This document shows positions 7,903 through 16,540 of a stretch of DNA of 64,000 nucleotides, piece after piece. The DNA lies in IMG/VR virus record IMGVR_UViG_3300017917_001562, positions 44,582-108,581 of that record; one strand, given 5' to 3'. The first letter of the stretch is position 1. Each line of letters opens with the position of its first letter. The notes beneath the pieces are model-generated. The model worked only from the letters and a program-made list of their open reading frames with translations, searched no databases and was not told the DNA's origin. Both the position numbers and the translations under genes were made by a program. The DNA comes from a virus.

Positions 7903-8127
7903 TTAATTCCACCTTAACAAAAACATTGTCAAATCTTTTTGATTTTTAAATTCAAACATATCGTAGGCAATCCTGTAACCACAATGATTTTCCCTGCACC
8001 ATTCTACCATTTCAGCTATAGGATAGCCTAAATAATGACCTTCTTGATCAAGTATAAATTCATCCACCGAAATTTTTACAGCAAGCCTAAGCCTTGGATC
8101 TGGTTCAATGGCGTAGGCTTTGCTCAT
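7903..8127 (-). CDS. LRW-family small protein
   Basis: EWCREN core; ends FKNQKDLTMFLLRWN. Confidence 0.75.
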   Translation of the reverse strand: MSKAYAIEPDPRLRLAVKISVDEFILDQEGHYLGYPIAEMVEWCRENHCGYRIAYDMFEFKNQKDLTMFLLRWN

Positions 8128-9404
8128 TATGCTTTGGCCAATTCCTTGGCTCGTTCATAAATTGCCCAAACACCAAAGGGAGGTTCTGCTTGCTCGTTGC
8201 CTTTGATAATGAATACAGTATCGCAGTATTCGCTGTCACCCCACTCACCAAAAGGCATACCGTCAGTGAACATGATAAACTTCTTAGGTTGAATATCATT
8301 TTCCTTCATGTATTCCCAATTAGCCATAAAGTCAGTACCACCACCACCTTGGGGCTCATAGGTAAGAATGTCCTCTAGTGATTCTGAACTGTAAACTTGG
8401 TGATTATACACTGCGGTGTCAAAACTCCACACTTGAATCTTGTACTCGTCATAGGCTTCCATAATGCCTTTGATCTCAGCCATAAAAGCCTTGATGTCTT
8501 CCTCGCCAATAGAACCCGAAGTGTCAATGGCAATACAAACATCAATCTGTTGACCCGGGATCATACCAGGCATAACAGCATCCAAGTGCCAGCTACGGCG
8601 TGAAGGGCGCAACCAAGTAAAGTCGTTTTTAACGGTGCTTTGGATTTGTTGTTCCAACAGCTCACGCCAGTTAACTACAGGCCTAGTCAAGTCTTTGATC
8701 AGACGCTTAACACCTGACGGCAAATTGCTGGCGCCTGTGGCCTGTGCGGCCTGTAGCAGTGCTTCGCGGATTTCGTCTTTGATGGCCTGTCGTTCTTCTT
8801 TGCTGAGACGGGGACGACCTTTGCCTTCTTTCTCGTCACCATCTTCGTCGCTACTGCCGTTGTCACCATCACCGTCCAAGTGCTCGTCTAACAGTTGATC
8901 CATCAAATCGCTGATGTCAATTTTTTCTGCATTTTCATAAAGGTCGTCGTAGACTTCTTCAGCACTCCAACCTTTGTATTTGACATCATACAGGCAAGGG
9001 GTAATTTTGTCACCAATCCGTTGCTCAATCAAATCACTGTTAACACAATAGTCAGCGGCACAATTAAACAAACGGCGATCGCGGTCGCCATTACGACCCA
9101 TATGGTCATAGACATTGTGCAGAACTTCGTGGCCAAACAAGAACTCAAGTTCTTTGGGTTTCAGTTTATTAACGAACTCAGTGTTGTAATAAAATTTACG
9201 ACCATCGGTTGCAGCAGTACCAAGCCAACTGTCTGCATTAACCAATTGCAGTCTGGTAGCAAGGTTACCAAAGAATGGTGCCTTAAGCAAGAGACCGATA
9301 CGAGCAGTAGTCAATTTTTCACGCACTGCACGATCCAAAGCAGGATCGGTATTGTCAGTGAGACGACCTGCGATGTCTTTTTGTTTACTGTCTGATGTAG
9401 CCAT
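8127..9404 (-). CDS. metallopeptidase-like + VWA domain protein (DUF2201-type)
   Basis: TAATDG, HEVLH (HExxH), MIDAS DTSGS, GGGTDF, FTDG. Confidence 0.9.
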   Translation of the reverse strand: MATSDSKQKDIAGRLTDNTDPALDRAVREKLTTARIGLLLKAPFFGNLATRLQLVNADSWLGTAATDGRKFYYNTEFVNKLKPKELEFLFGHEVLHNVYDHMGRNGDRDRRLFNCAADYCVNSDLIEQRIGDKITPCLYDVKYKGWSAEEVYDDLYENAEKIDISDLMDQLLDEHLDGDGDNGSSDEDGDEKEGKGRPRLSKEERQAIKDEIREALLQAAQATGASNLPSGVKRLIKDLTRPVVNWRELLEQQIQSTVKNDFTWLRPSRRSWHLDAVMPGMIPGQQIDVCIAIDTSGSIGEEDIKAFMAEIKGIMEAYDEYKIQVWSFDTAVYNHQVYSSESLEDILTYEPQGGGGTDFMANWEYMKENDIQPKKFIMFTDGMPFGEWGDSEYCDTVFIIKGNEQAEPPFGVWAIYERAKELAKA

Positions 9405-9429
9405 TTATCTGCTCCTTGTTAATGTATAT

Positions 9430-9458
9430 ATTATAACACACTTGCGAATTTTTGTCAT
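9430..9458 (-). promoter_or_regulatory. sigma70-type promoter
   Basis: ATGACA-17 nt-TATAAT upstream of the VWA gene; AAGGAG RBS. Confidence 0.6.
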
Positions 9459-9471
9459 TAATACCAAAGTA

Positions 9472-9765
9472 TTACAACCATTTAAGTGTAAACAGTTCTA
9501 GTTCTTGATTTGTTTTAAGATAAATTAATGGAGTATCGTATTTAATATCCTCTAATCTATAAGACCAAGATTGGTTCCTAGTAAATTTTGCATGACTTAA
9601 ATGAAGGTTGAGTTGGACACCCATACCCCATATTTCATTGCACCAATGACACCATTCTACAAATTTAGGAATTCTAGAGTCAAAGGGTTCGTGCAGTTCA
9701 ATCCTGTATGCAAAATGCCCATATCCTCCATGACGGCGATCTAATTTTACAACCTTGGCGGGCAT
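9472..9765 (-). CDS. LRW-family small protein (outlier copy)
   Basis: WCNEIWG core; ends ELELFTLKWL. Confidence 0.7.
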   Translation of the reverse strand: MPAKVVKLDRRHGGYGHFAYRIELHEPFDSRIPKFVEWCHWCNEIWGMGVQLNLHLSHAKFTRNQSWSYRLEDIKYDTPLIYLKTNQELELFTLKWL

Positions 9766-9784
9766 GATTGTTACTAGTAATTGG

Positions 9785-9828
9785 GGACTTACGGGAGAAA
9801 GGAGTTGGAAAGCCCTGCCCCGTAGTCC
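9785..9828 (-). other. GC-rich stem-loop after the AAA gene (terminator or processing site)
   Basis: GGAC-TACGGG ... CCCGTA-A-GTCC arms. Confidence 0.5.
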
Positions 9829-10938
9829 TTACTTGCTGTTGGCGGCTACAATGTATTTGCCAAATCGCTTATGGAACTCGTCGAAATGTTTCAACTTGCC
9901 AGGAATGAAAGGCAGATTGTAGGTAGTCAGTGCAACACGAGCACCCATAACAGTCAATTCGGTAGTGAAATTGTCCATCATGTAACGGAAGAAGAAATCT
10001 GCCATACTGTTAAATTTCTCGTCAGGCTTGCCGTTATTTTTTAGCACATGATCCTGAAGTTCATAGCAGAGGTTCACAGTTAGTGAGTACATGGCTGAAA
10101 TTTCTTTGACCTTAAGATCAGTGACTTTGCCGTCAAGAATGTCAATAGGCTTAGGCAACTGACCTGCAACCTTGCGGTGCGCCATAAACTTAACTGCAAC
10201 ACCTTCGCCCACAGCACCTGAAATCAAGTCAGTAAGTTCGCTGTCAGTGCAGTCATTGTCCTCCAACAGTTCACTGACAAAAGTCCACGAACGAGGAGTA
10301 GCGAACGCACGGCTTGAACTACGGGGGTCAAAGTCGTAAAGGTCTTGTTTAGCAAAACCAATATAACCAATCACATCTGAACTGATGCGGTTAATGGTAG
10401 CCCATTGCTCCCACGATTCGTGATCAACTCGCATCTCCAAGTGAACGAAGCGGTTAGCCAACGGAGCAGGCATACGATAAGTAACGCCTTTATCAGTTTC
10501 ACGGTTACCTGCGGCAATCACAACCACATTGTCAGGCAGTGTATACTTGCCAATACGGCGGTTCAAAACCAGCTGATAAGCTGCGGCCTGGATGCTGGGT
10601 GCAGCACTGTTCATTTCATCAAGGAACAAAACAACCACAGGATACTGTTTGGCCAGTTCTTCACTGGGCAAGTCGATTGGGGGAGCCCAATCCATCAAAC
10701 CATTGTCTTTGTTGTAATAAGGAATACCACGCAGGTCAGTGGGTTCCATCTGTGCCAAACGAAGGTCAATCATAAGACCGCCCATTTCTTCAGCAATACT
10801 AGCAACCAGTTCGGACTTGCCGATGCCTGGAGGACCCCACAGGAACAGGGGTCGTTTTTTCTTAAAACACTTGGTAATGGCACGACGAGCGGTCAGTGCG
10901 GTTACAGTGCGATTTTCAGTAATTGAGTCTTTCGACAT
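9829..10938 (-). CDS. MoxR-like AAA+ ATPase
   Basis: Walker A GPPGIGKS, Walker B LFLDE, AAGN, NRF; adjacent to the VWA partner. Confidence 0.9.
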   Translation of the reverse strand: MSKDSITENRTVTALTARRAITKCFKKKRPLFLWGPPGIGKSELVASIAEEMGGLMIDLRLAQMEPTDLRGIPYYNKDNGLMDWAPPIDLPSEELAKQYPVVVLFLDEMNSAAPSIQAAAYQLVLNRRIGKYTLPDNVVVIAAGNRETDKGVTYRMPAPLANRFVHLEMRVDHESWEQWATINRISSDVIGYIGFAKQDLYDFDPRSSSRAFATPRSWTFVSELLEDNDCTDSELTDLISGAVGEGVAVKFMAHRKVAGQLPKPIDILDGKVTDLKVKEISAMYSLTVNLCYELQDHVLKNNGKPDEKFNSMADFFFRYMMDNFTTELTVMGARVALTTYNLPFIPGKLKHFDEFHKRFGKYIVAANSK

Positions 10939-11000
10939 CGTCTTCTCCTTTGCTTTAAAAAGTATATTATACCTAATCTGCGAATTATTGTCTGTAGTTA

Positions 11001-11273
11001 TTATACCACAGTCAACATATTAGCAGGAACTCGCCACAGACCTGCCACAGTGCGAACAGTGACATATTTCTGTGCAATTTTGACCACTGTACCAGTGTAA
11101 TCACGGCCTTGTTTGGAATTGTGAAAGTTAACATTGTCGCCCAACATCAAACTGGCTTTGGTTCGCTTGGTCAGCTGAGCCCTAGCATATTTTAAAGCTT
11201 CTGTAATTTTACTAAGGTCTTCGTTGGTAAAATTACCGGCCACCAATTCACGGACGATATCGTTTGTGTTCAT
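11001..11273 (-). CDS. small early protein, SH3/KOW-like C-terminus
   Basis: GDNVNF...GTVVKI.QKYVTV...WRVPANML; own promoter. Confidence 0.7.
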   Translation of the reverse strand: MNTNDIVRELVAGNFTNEDLSKITEALKYARAQLTKRTKASLMLGDNVNFHNSKQGRDYTGTVVKIAQKYVTVRTVAGLWRVPANMLTVV

Positions 11274-11281
11274 GTTAGTTC

Positions 11282-11339
11282 AACTCCTGTTTTGTTACTG
11301 TATGCCATTATTATAGCAAAATTGGGAATTTCGGACAAG
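11282..11339 (-). promoter_or_regulatory. early promoter/leader repeat, copy 1
   Basis: TTGTCC-17 nt-TATAAT with TGn extension, then ATGGCATA..TAACAAAACAGGAGTT; near-identical to 11976-12032. Confidence 0.75.
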
Positions 11340-11352
11340 TACTACTTGAGTA

Positions 11353-11778
11353 TTACTTTTCTAGGGCGTAGGGTTTGTCCCAACGGCCAATGTTGACATC
11401 AATATACCAACCCACATCAAAATAGTCAGTCATTGCATCGCTATTGTCGTGATTGCCGTTATTCATTGCAGGAATAACTTCCTTCAAAAAGTTAAGGGCC
11501 CGGCCACTGAAATGCTCTTTGTACCAATAAGGATTAACATCCAGGCTACGGTTCTTGCGGATGTAGTCAATTTGATCTTGACCCATCTTTTTACCAGACA
11601 GACCATTGGTGTCAGTTTCAATGAAATTTTCAATGAAGTCAATGCGACCCTGCTTGATGTTCAGAACCAAGGTGCTGTGATTGCGAACTGCAATACTGGC
11701 CTTGACACCATACTTCTTGCAGATTGCTTTGATGGCAGGTGCCAGCATAGCCTTCTTTTCTTGCGACATATAAGCCAT
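11353..11778 (-). CDS. conserved phage early protein
   Basis: MAYMSQE... DNSDAMTDYFDVGWY pattern; AGGAG RBS. Confidence 0.75.
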   Translation of the reverse strand: MAYMSQEKKAMLAPAIKAICKKYGVKASIAVRNHSTLVLNIKQGRIDFIENFIETDTNGLSGKKMGQDQIDYIRKNRSLDVNPYWYKEHFSGRALNFLKEVIPAMNNGNHDNSDAMTDYFDVGWYIDVNIGRWDKPYALEK

Positions 11779-11791
11779 TTTTATCTCCTAA

Positions 11792-11971
11792 TTAAACAGC
11801 AAGCGCGAACAGTTTCGCCATATTAGAAAACACCACACGATAAGCACGGACTTCACGATCCGTCAAGTCTTCTATGCTGTCTTGCATTTCTTCAAGAGTT
11901 TCCAGCAGGCCCGGAAGAGCCCAGTTTTGCTGATAATCTTGGACAATTTCCATGGCTTGTTCAAAGTTCAT
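11792..11971 (-). CDS. 59-aa hypothetical protein (below the ORF-track cutoff)
   Basis: MNFEQAMEIVQDYQQNWALPG...KLFALAV*; promoter and AGGAG RBS upstream. Confidence 0.7.
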   Translation of the reverse strand: MNFEQAMEIVQDYQQNWALPGLLETLEEMQDSIEDLTDREVRAYRVVFSNMAKLFALAV

Positions 11972-11975
11972 TTCA

Positions 11976-12032
11976 AACTCCTGTTTTGTTAACCTATGCC
12001 ATAATTATAGCAAATTCAGGAATTTCGAGCAA
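11976..12032 (-). promoter_or_regulatory. early promoter/leader repeat, copy 2
   Basis: TTGCTC-17 nt-TATAAT with TGn extension, ATGGCATA..TAACAAAACAGGAGTT. Confidence 0.75.
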
Positions 12033-12048
12033 CCAAAAAAATGTATAC

Positions 12049-12420
12049 TTAGGTATTACTTTCTAAGTTGTCTAAGTAAGTGGCAAGGTCTCCGCCCATT
12101 AATTGCAACCAACTAGCATCCTGCTCATCTAAGACAATAAATTTTGCAGTACGGCTCCAATAGTAATATGGACCAGGAAACAATCTTTCAAGTTGCAGTA
12201 AGTTCTTGTTGGTCAAGGGCTTGGGCAATTCAAAAGAGAAAATTTCTAATTTTAATTCTTTGACTACAAACTGATAACCAGTCATGCTTAATCTAATGCT
12301 GGCATCGTCAGTATGGTTGTGCCACATAAATTTCAAATCAGCTGTGGGCCTGCCAACTTGATGTGCAAATATTTTTGTAAGTTGGCTTTGTGTAAATCGC
12401 TTAAGGGAAGATTTGATCAC
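12049..12420 (-). CDS. hypothetical phage protein
   Basis: 123-aa ORF; C-terminal 'DEQDASWLQL' echoes the LRW-family helix. Confidence 0.65.
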   Translation of the reverse strand: MIKSSLKRFTQSQLTKIFAHQVGRPTADLKFMWHNHTDDASIRLSMTGYQFVVKELKLEIFSFELPKPLTNKNLLQLERLFPGPYYYWSRTAKFIVLDEQDASWLQLMGGDLATYLDNLESNT

Positions 12421-12688
12421 CGCTTTTCAACAGTACTACAGTGAACTTGTCGGTCTTGAACAGTGTGTTTAACTTTTTGCAAAGATTAATAGCATGTCCT
12501 GGATTGCTGAAACTGGTCTTTTTATATTTAGGTCCAGGATAGTTGACCAACATATTGTGGCTTTTTAAATTGATTGGTTGATTATCGTAGAACACTGCCC
12601 AGATGCCTTCACTGCTGAGAATCTGTTCTGTTTTGTAAGTCTGTTTGTCGACATAATCGATTAAGACTGTGGGCTTGGGTCTACTCAT
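12401..12688 (-). CDS. conserved hypothetical phage protein
   Basis: MSRPKP...YKKTSFSNPGHA; TAAATA upstream. Confidence 0.75.
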   Translation of the reverse strand: MSRPKPTVLIDYVDKQTYKTEQILSSEGIWAVFYDNQPINLKSHNMLVNYPGPKYKKTSFSNPGHAINLCKKLNTLFKTDKFTVVLLKSGDQIFP

Positions 12689-12730
12689 AATATTTGATCT
12701 TACTGTATATTTATGCCTTAATATACGCAG

Positions 12731-12952
12731 TTAAAAAGTACCACCATCCATGTTTACAGTAACATCACTACTTTGACCAGTGGTGGATAATTTCCTAGTC
12801 AAAACTGCACAAAAATTAAGTATTTCAAACAATTCTGCTTGAATATCTCGTGCTTCTTGAGCCGAAAGGATCAGTTGTTTACTGTTGCTTTGATTCATGA
12901 CTTTTACTTTGTCATTGAACATTTTTAAGTGCAGACTAAGATTATTCTCCAT
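12731..12952 (-). CDS. hypothetical phage protein
   Basis: ORF from MENNLS; ends MDGGTF. Confidence 0.65.
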   Translation of the reverse strand: MENNLSLHLKMFNDKVKVMNQSNSKQLILSAQEARDIQAELFEILNFCAVLTRKLSTTGQSSDVTVNMDGGTF

Positions 12953-13418
12953 TTGCTGCCTTAAGTGCTTCACTCATTTCTTCTTTGGTCATAAAAGGAC
13001 CTTGAAATGGATATCTGTTTAATGTGATTAATTTTGGGCAAAAACTTTTGACCCAACCATTGTTGAATTTAATTATGTAATGGCCAGCACAATAATAGCT
13101 TTTGCTTTTACTGGTCTTAGTATAAACACCAAACTGATGTTTAACATCCCATAGAATATTCCAAGGCTTATTGGTTACTGGATATCCATATACTAAATGT
13201 TCAGGCGCCGGCTTAGTTTTGGCTTTTGAATCTTTGTCAAAAGTAATATTGTATTCTTTAGACAATAACTTAATTGTTGGAAATTTAGTTCTGCTGTTAG
13301 TGTCTGCGTAGACAAACCCCCCATTGTCTACAGCTTGGATCGTAGCAACTTGATTGCCATGATCTTCTACTACCCAGAATTTATTCTTTAGAATCGGTTT
13401 GGCTATCAGTTCCGTCAT
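12942..13418 (-). CDS. conserved hypothetical phage protein
   Basis: ORF from MTELIAKP; SFCPKLITL.RYPFQGPF. Confidence 0.7.
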   Translation of the reverse strand: MTELIAKPILKNKFWVVEDHGNQVATIQAVDNGGFVYADTNSRTKFPTIKLLSKEYNITFDKDSKAKTKPAPEHLVYGYPVTNKPWNILWDVKHQFGVYTKTSKSKSYYCAGHYIIKFNNGWVKSFCPKLITLNRYPFQGPFMTKEEMSEALKAANGE

Positions 13419-13575
13419 TGTTTTTTTGACCTTTCGTATATTGCTCATTGAGCCACTCGTGATACCGTTCGTAGTATTCTGCAGCATCATACATTGGCAT
13501 TTGTTTATACCACTCAAAATATTCATCGCAGTGGCTTTGCCACATTTCATATAACCAGTGTTGAAATTTTAACAT
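13381..13575 (-). CDS. hypothetical protein
   Basis: 64-aa aromatic-rich ORF in operon context. Confidence 0.5.
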   Translation of the reverse strand: MLKFQHWLYEMWQSHCDEYFEWYKQMPMYDAAEYYERYHEWLNEQYTKGQKNNDGTDSQTDSKE

Positions 13576-13585
13576 AATAATTCTG

Positions 13586-13828
13586 TTATTCGTTTTGTAA
13601 ACTTAATTTTTCCCACATAAGTTCTTTATCATAGACATACGCCACAGGTTTTAGCCAACCTTGGTTAATGCATTCAGCAATAATTTCTTTGTAGTTACTA
13701 GGACACCCAGATGAAATTTCAAACCCTGCTCGGGGAGTTATGGTATATCCATTGGTAATCATAAAGTCGTCGTCGCGATGACGAACTGTACGAATACAAG
13801 CAGTGAATTTTTCGTTATTAATAAACAT
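13586..13828 (-). CDS. hypothetical phage protein
   Basis: 80-aa ORF in operon context. Confidence 0.65.
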   Translation of the reverse strand: MFINNEKFTACIRTVRHRDDDFMITNGYTITPRAGFEISSGCPSNYKEIIAECINQGWLKPVAYVYDKELMWEKLSLQNE

Positions 13829-14051
13829 CGAATTTTTGTTTAATTTGTTTTACAATTCGCTCTTTGACACCGCGAGCAAAGTCAGCTTGATAAGTAGTCA
13901 TGACCATGTCTTGCAACTGTGCATTTTCAACAAGGCCTATACAGTATTTAACAATCTCTCGTGCAAAATGTTCTTGCTGTTCGGGATTGATGCCAGGATA
14001 ATGGCTTCCGCCTGCTTGTAATTGAAATTCTTTAAGTAGTTCTTTGTTCAT
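13818..14051 (-). CDS. small paralogous 'QAG...FA..IV..C' family protein
   Basis: shares pattern with 63674..63877 and 63396..63677. Confidence 0.65.
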   Translation of the reverse strand: MNKELLKEFQLQAGGSHYPGINPEQQEHFAREIVKYCIGLVENAQLQDMVMTTYQADFARGVKERIVKQIKQKFDVY

Positions 14052-14054
14052 AGT

Positions 14055-15026
14055 TTAATCCGGATAACTTGCAGATAAAAATTCTGCAAAACTGGTATTG
14101 CTTTCGCTTAGTTTAATAAGGTCGTACTTGCCGCAAAATTTAAGAAACTGTGCGCCAATCATTGGTTTGTTTTTCTGAACAGCATTTTCCTGAATAGTCT
14201 CAATGATTTTAAGTTTGATATCGTCAGGCTGTGCAGACAAATCAACTAGTACACGATTACGATTATAATCGTCTAGGACTTTGTGCTCAATATCATTGTG
14301 ATCGGTCCAACGCTGTAGCATTAAATTATTCCAAGCAAAGCCTTTGTTGTCTCTGTCATTGTATGCTTCTAGGAGTTTTGTTTTACGAACGCCAGGATAA
14401 GCACTAAACACATTGTCAGTGGGATCACCACGGATGCATTTTTCAAACAAGATCCATTCTGGGTCGGGGATAGTCTTAGGCTCTTTGGTTTTCTTATCAA
14501 TTACAGGCCGACCTTTTTTATCAAAGATACCTTCAATGGTATGAAGCTCGTCTGCAATGCCATTGTACTGATTAACATTTTCAGCCAACAGTTGATGAAA
14601 GTCAGTGTCTGAGCTTACGATTGTGTGGTGATCTTCAGGGTGACTTTGAATCCATCCTGCCACCAAGTCATCTGCTTCCAAGCAGTCGTGCCGGAGAACA
14701 GTACAATTTGTCTTGTCGATGAGATATGTTTTGAGTGCGTCAAAAGTCTCCCAAAATAGTCGATCTTCTTCTTGTTCGGCTTCTGTCTGCGCTGATCTTG
14801 CGACTGCACGGTTTTTCTTGTAGGGTTCATAGTAATCTTTGCGCCACGAACGGCCCTCTAAACAAAATACTACATGGTCTGCTTTTTGATCTCGCCATGC
14901 TTTATTAACGCTGCCTAGCGTAACATGCATGGCAAAACCTAGTCGATCCCAAGTATCGGCTTGACGATGTGCTGCGTGGCGAGCACGGAAGAATGTATTG
15001 GCTGTGTCAACAATAAGATATCGCAT
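14055..15026 (-). CDS. rnh: T4 RNase H-like 5'-3' exonuclease (FEN/PIN fold)
   Basis: LIVD, YKKNR, EADD, SSDTDF.QL, GDPTDNV motifs; TTGACT-type promoter upstream. Confidence 0.9.
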   Translation of the reverse strand: MRYLIVDTANTFFRARHAAHRQADTWDRLGFAMHVTLGSVNKAWRDQKADHVVFCLEGRSWRKDYYEPYKKNRAVARSAQTEAEQEEDRLFWETFDALKTYLIDKTNCTVLRHDCLEADDLVAGWIQSHPEDHHTIVSSDTDFHQLLAENVNQYNGIADELHTIEGIFDKKGRPVIDKKTKEPKTIPDPEWILFEKCIRGDPTDNVFSAYPGVRKTKLLEAYNDRDNKGFAWNNLMLQRWTDHNDIEHKVLDDYNRNRVLVDLSAQPDDIKLKIIETIQENAVQKNKPMIGAQFLKFCGKYDLIKLSESNTSFAEFLSASYPD

Positions 15027-15043
15027 AGGATTATAATAGCATA

Positions 15044-15694
15044 TTATTCATTTGTAGTCAATATGCTTTTAACTTTTGGTAAAATGAAATCTGCCCAAGC
15101 TAGATGTGCCTCTGCACCATAATGATAATATTTTGGATTAGCAGGTTTAAATCCTGCATTTTCCAACCAAAAATAATAGGTAAAATTTTTGTCGTAAGGG
15201 TCGATGTAACTTTTACCCCAATCATATTTAGATTTATTTTGTCTTATTGTATAAAAGAAATGACTATAGCAGTTAAAAAACAAGTGAGGAATATGTTTTA
15301 TTTTTTGATGAAATTCCCAAATTTTATCGTGTGCTGTAAATTCATTGAGCCATTGTTGTTCAGGAACACTTTGGTCAATTACCCATTGTTTATACTTGTA
15401 TTGTAATTCTAAAGGAACAGTATCATACCCACTAGCAGTAATATTGTAAGCCTCATCGTTCCAATACCAAGTTTCTCGCTCCCAAGTGCTCCACCCAATG
15501 ATTAGAAAATCTGGTGTGTTGGATTCTAAATAACTTAAAGTTCTTTGTATAATGCTGTCATTGCTACAGCCTTGAACAGCTGCACACACATATTCATAAC
15601 CTAATGCATCTGCTATGTGTTTACCATAGGCAAAATTTGGACCACCGGCATCATGCCCTGCACTGTGGCTGTCACCGTCTACATATAGTTTCAT
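15044..15694 (-). CDS. SGNH/GDSL-like hydrolase
   Basis: GDSHSAG, G.SN, HYGAEAH. Confidence 0.75.
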   Translation of the reverse strand: MKLYVDGDSHSAGHDAGGPNFAYGKHIADALGYEYVCAAVQGCSNDSIIQRTLSYLESNTPDFLIIGWSTWERETWYWNDEAYNITASGYDTVPLELQYKYKQWVIDQSVPEQQWLNEFTAHDKIWEFHQKIKHIPHLFFNCYSHFFYTIRQNKSKYDWGKSYIDPYDKNFTYYFWLENAGFKPANPKYYHYGAEAHLAWADFILPKVKSILTTNE

Positions 15695-15921
15695 ACATAT
15701 TTCAGTGTTATAAATGAAGCAAGACTTTCGTCGTCTAGACTTATATTAATATTGCCGCTATAAAAGCCACGATCAATGGCCCAATGCTTGCCACCTACCC
15801 TAGAGTGTAAATAGTAAGTTCTTACACCAACATTTTGTTCTAAATAACATTGAACTTCGCGTTCGTGCTTTGACGGAATAGTAAATGTTACTTTGAATTT
15901 TTGTTCAAGTACACTAGGCAT
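15691..15921 (-). CDS. LRW-family-like small protein (outlier copy)
   Basis: YLEQNVG core; ends DDESLASFITLKYV. Confidence 0.65.
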   Translation of the reverse strand: MPSVLEQKFKVTFTIPSKHEREVQCYLEQNVGVRTYYLHSRVGGKHWAIDRGFYSGNINISLDDESLASFITLKYV

Positions 15922-16286
15922 TAACTTACCTCTGTGCGGCCGCCACCCAAATCAGTTTTCTTCACACCACTGGTCGGCCTAGGATTGTTTGCTTCATATT
16001 GTTCAAATGTTTCAAGCACAACATTACGACAAACATCTTGGAACCAACGGTCCACAATGTCTGCATCTGTTTTGCCTTGGTATCCTGCACGAAGTAGTTT
16101 GGTAATGAATTGATCATTCCAATCAAGCTCAAACGCACCTTGCCCTACATTTTCGGGATCTAAATCAATGCTGAGAATATTAACATAAGGCTCATTACGC
16201 TTGGTTGCTTCTGCCTTGGGATCTTTTACTTTTACTGTTAATTTACCTGCTGTCTTTTTAGCAGGAGTCTTTGCTGTTGCCATTAA
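15921..16286 (-). CDS. conserved hypothetical phage protein
   Basis: EPYV...GAFELDWN..FI..L..AGY...IVDRWF. Confidence 0.7.
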   Translation of the reverse strand, partial: LMATAKTPAKKTAGKLTVKVKDPKAEATKRNEPYVNILSIDLDPENVGQGAFELDWNDQFITKLLRAGYQGKTDADIVDRWFQDVCRNVVLETFEQYEANNPRPTSGVKKTDLGGGRTEVS

Positions 16287-16540
16287 TGATTCCTTTTTAA
16301 CTGCCATATTATGTATTCGGTCTTTTCAATCCAGTAGTGTTTTACTATTGGTTCACCTGGACCGGTAATCCATCTTTCGCCATGGTACGCATACTTACCC
16401 CACAATGGTTTTCCTGTTAAATAACACCGCTGTGGACGCCAACATAGTTTTAAATCCCAGTATCCTGCTTGTTTCAATCCCCAGTCTTCACTAGGTGGTG
16501 ATGCTTGTGGACTCATATCTAACATACGCATAATCTCCAT
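16283..16540 (-). CDS. hypothetical phage protein
   Basis: 85-aa Trp-rich ORF coupled to queE. Confidence 0.65.
   Translation of the reverse strand: MEIMRMLDMSPQASPPSEDWGLKQAGYWDLKLCWRPQRCYLTGKPLWGKYAYHGERWITGPGEPIVKHYWIEKTEYIIWQLKRNH

Noticed and set aside
1262-8127. Classical integron or diversity-generating retroelement
   Set aside because: No palindromic attC sites or intergenic space, no tyrosine recombinase or reverse transcriptase in the window, and no TR/VR pair differing at adenines.
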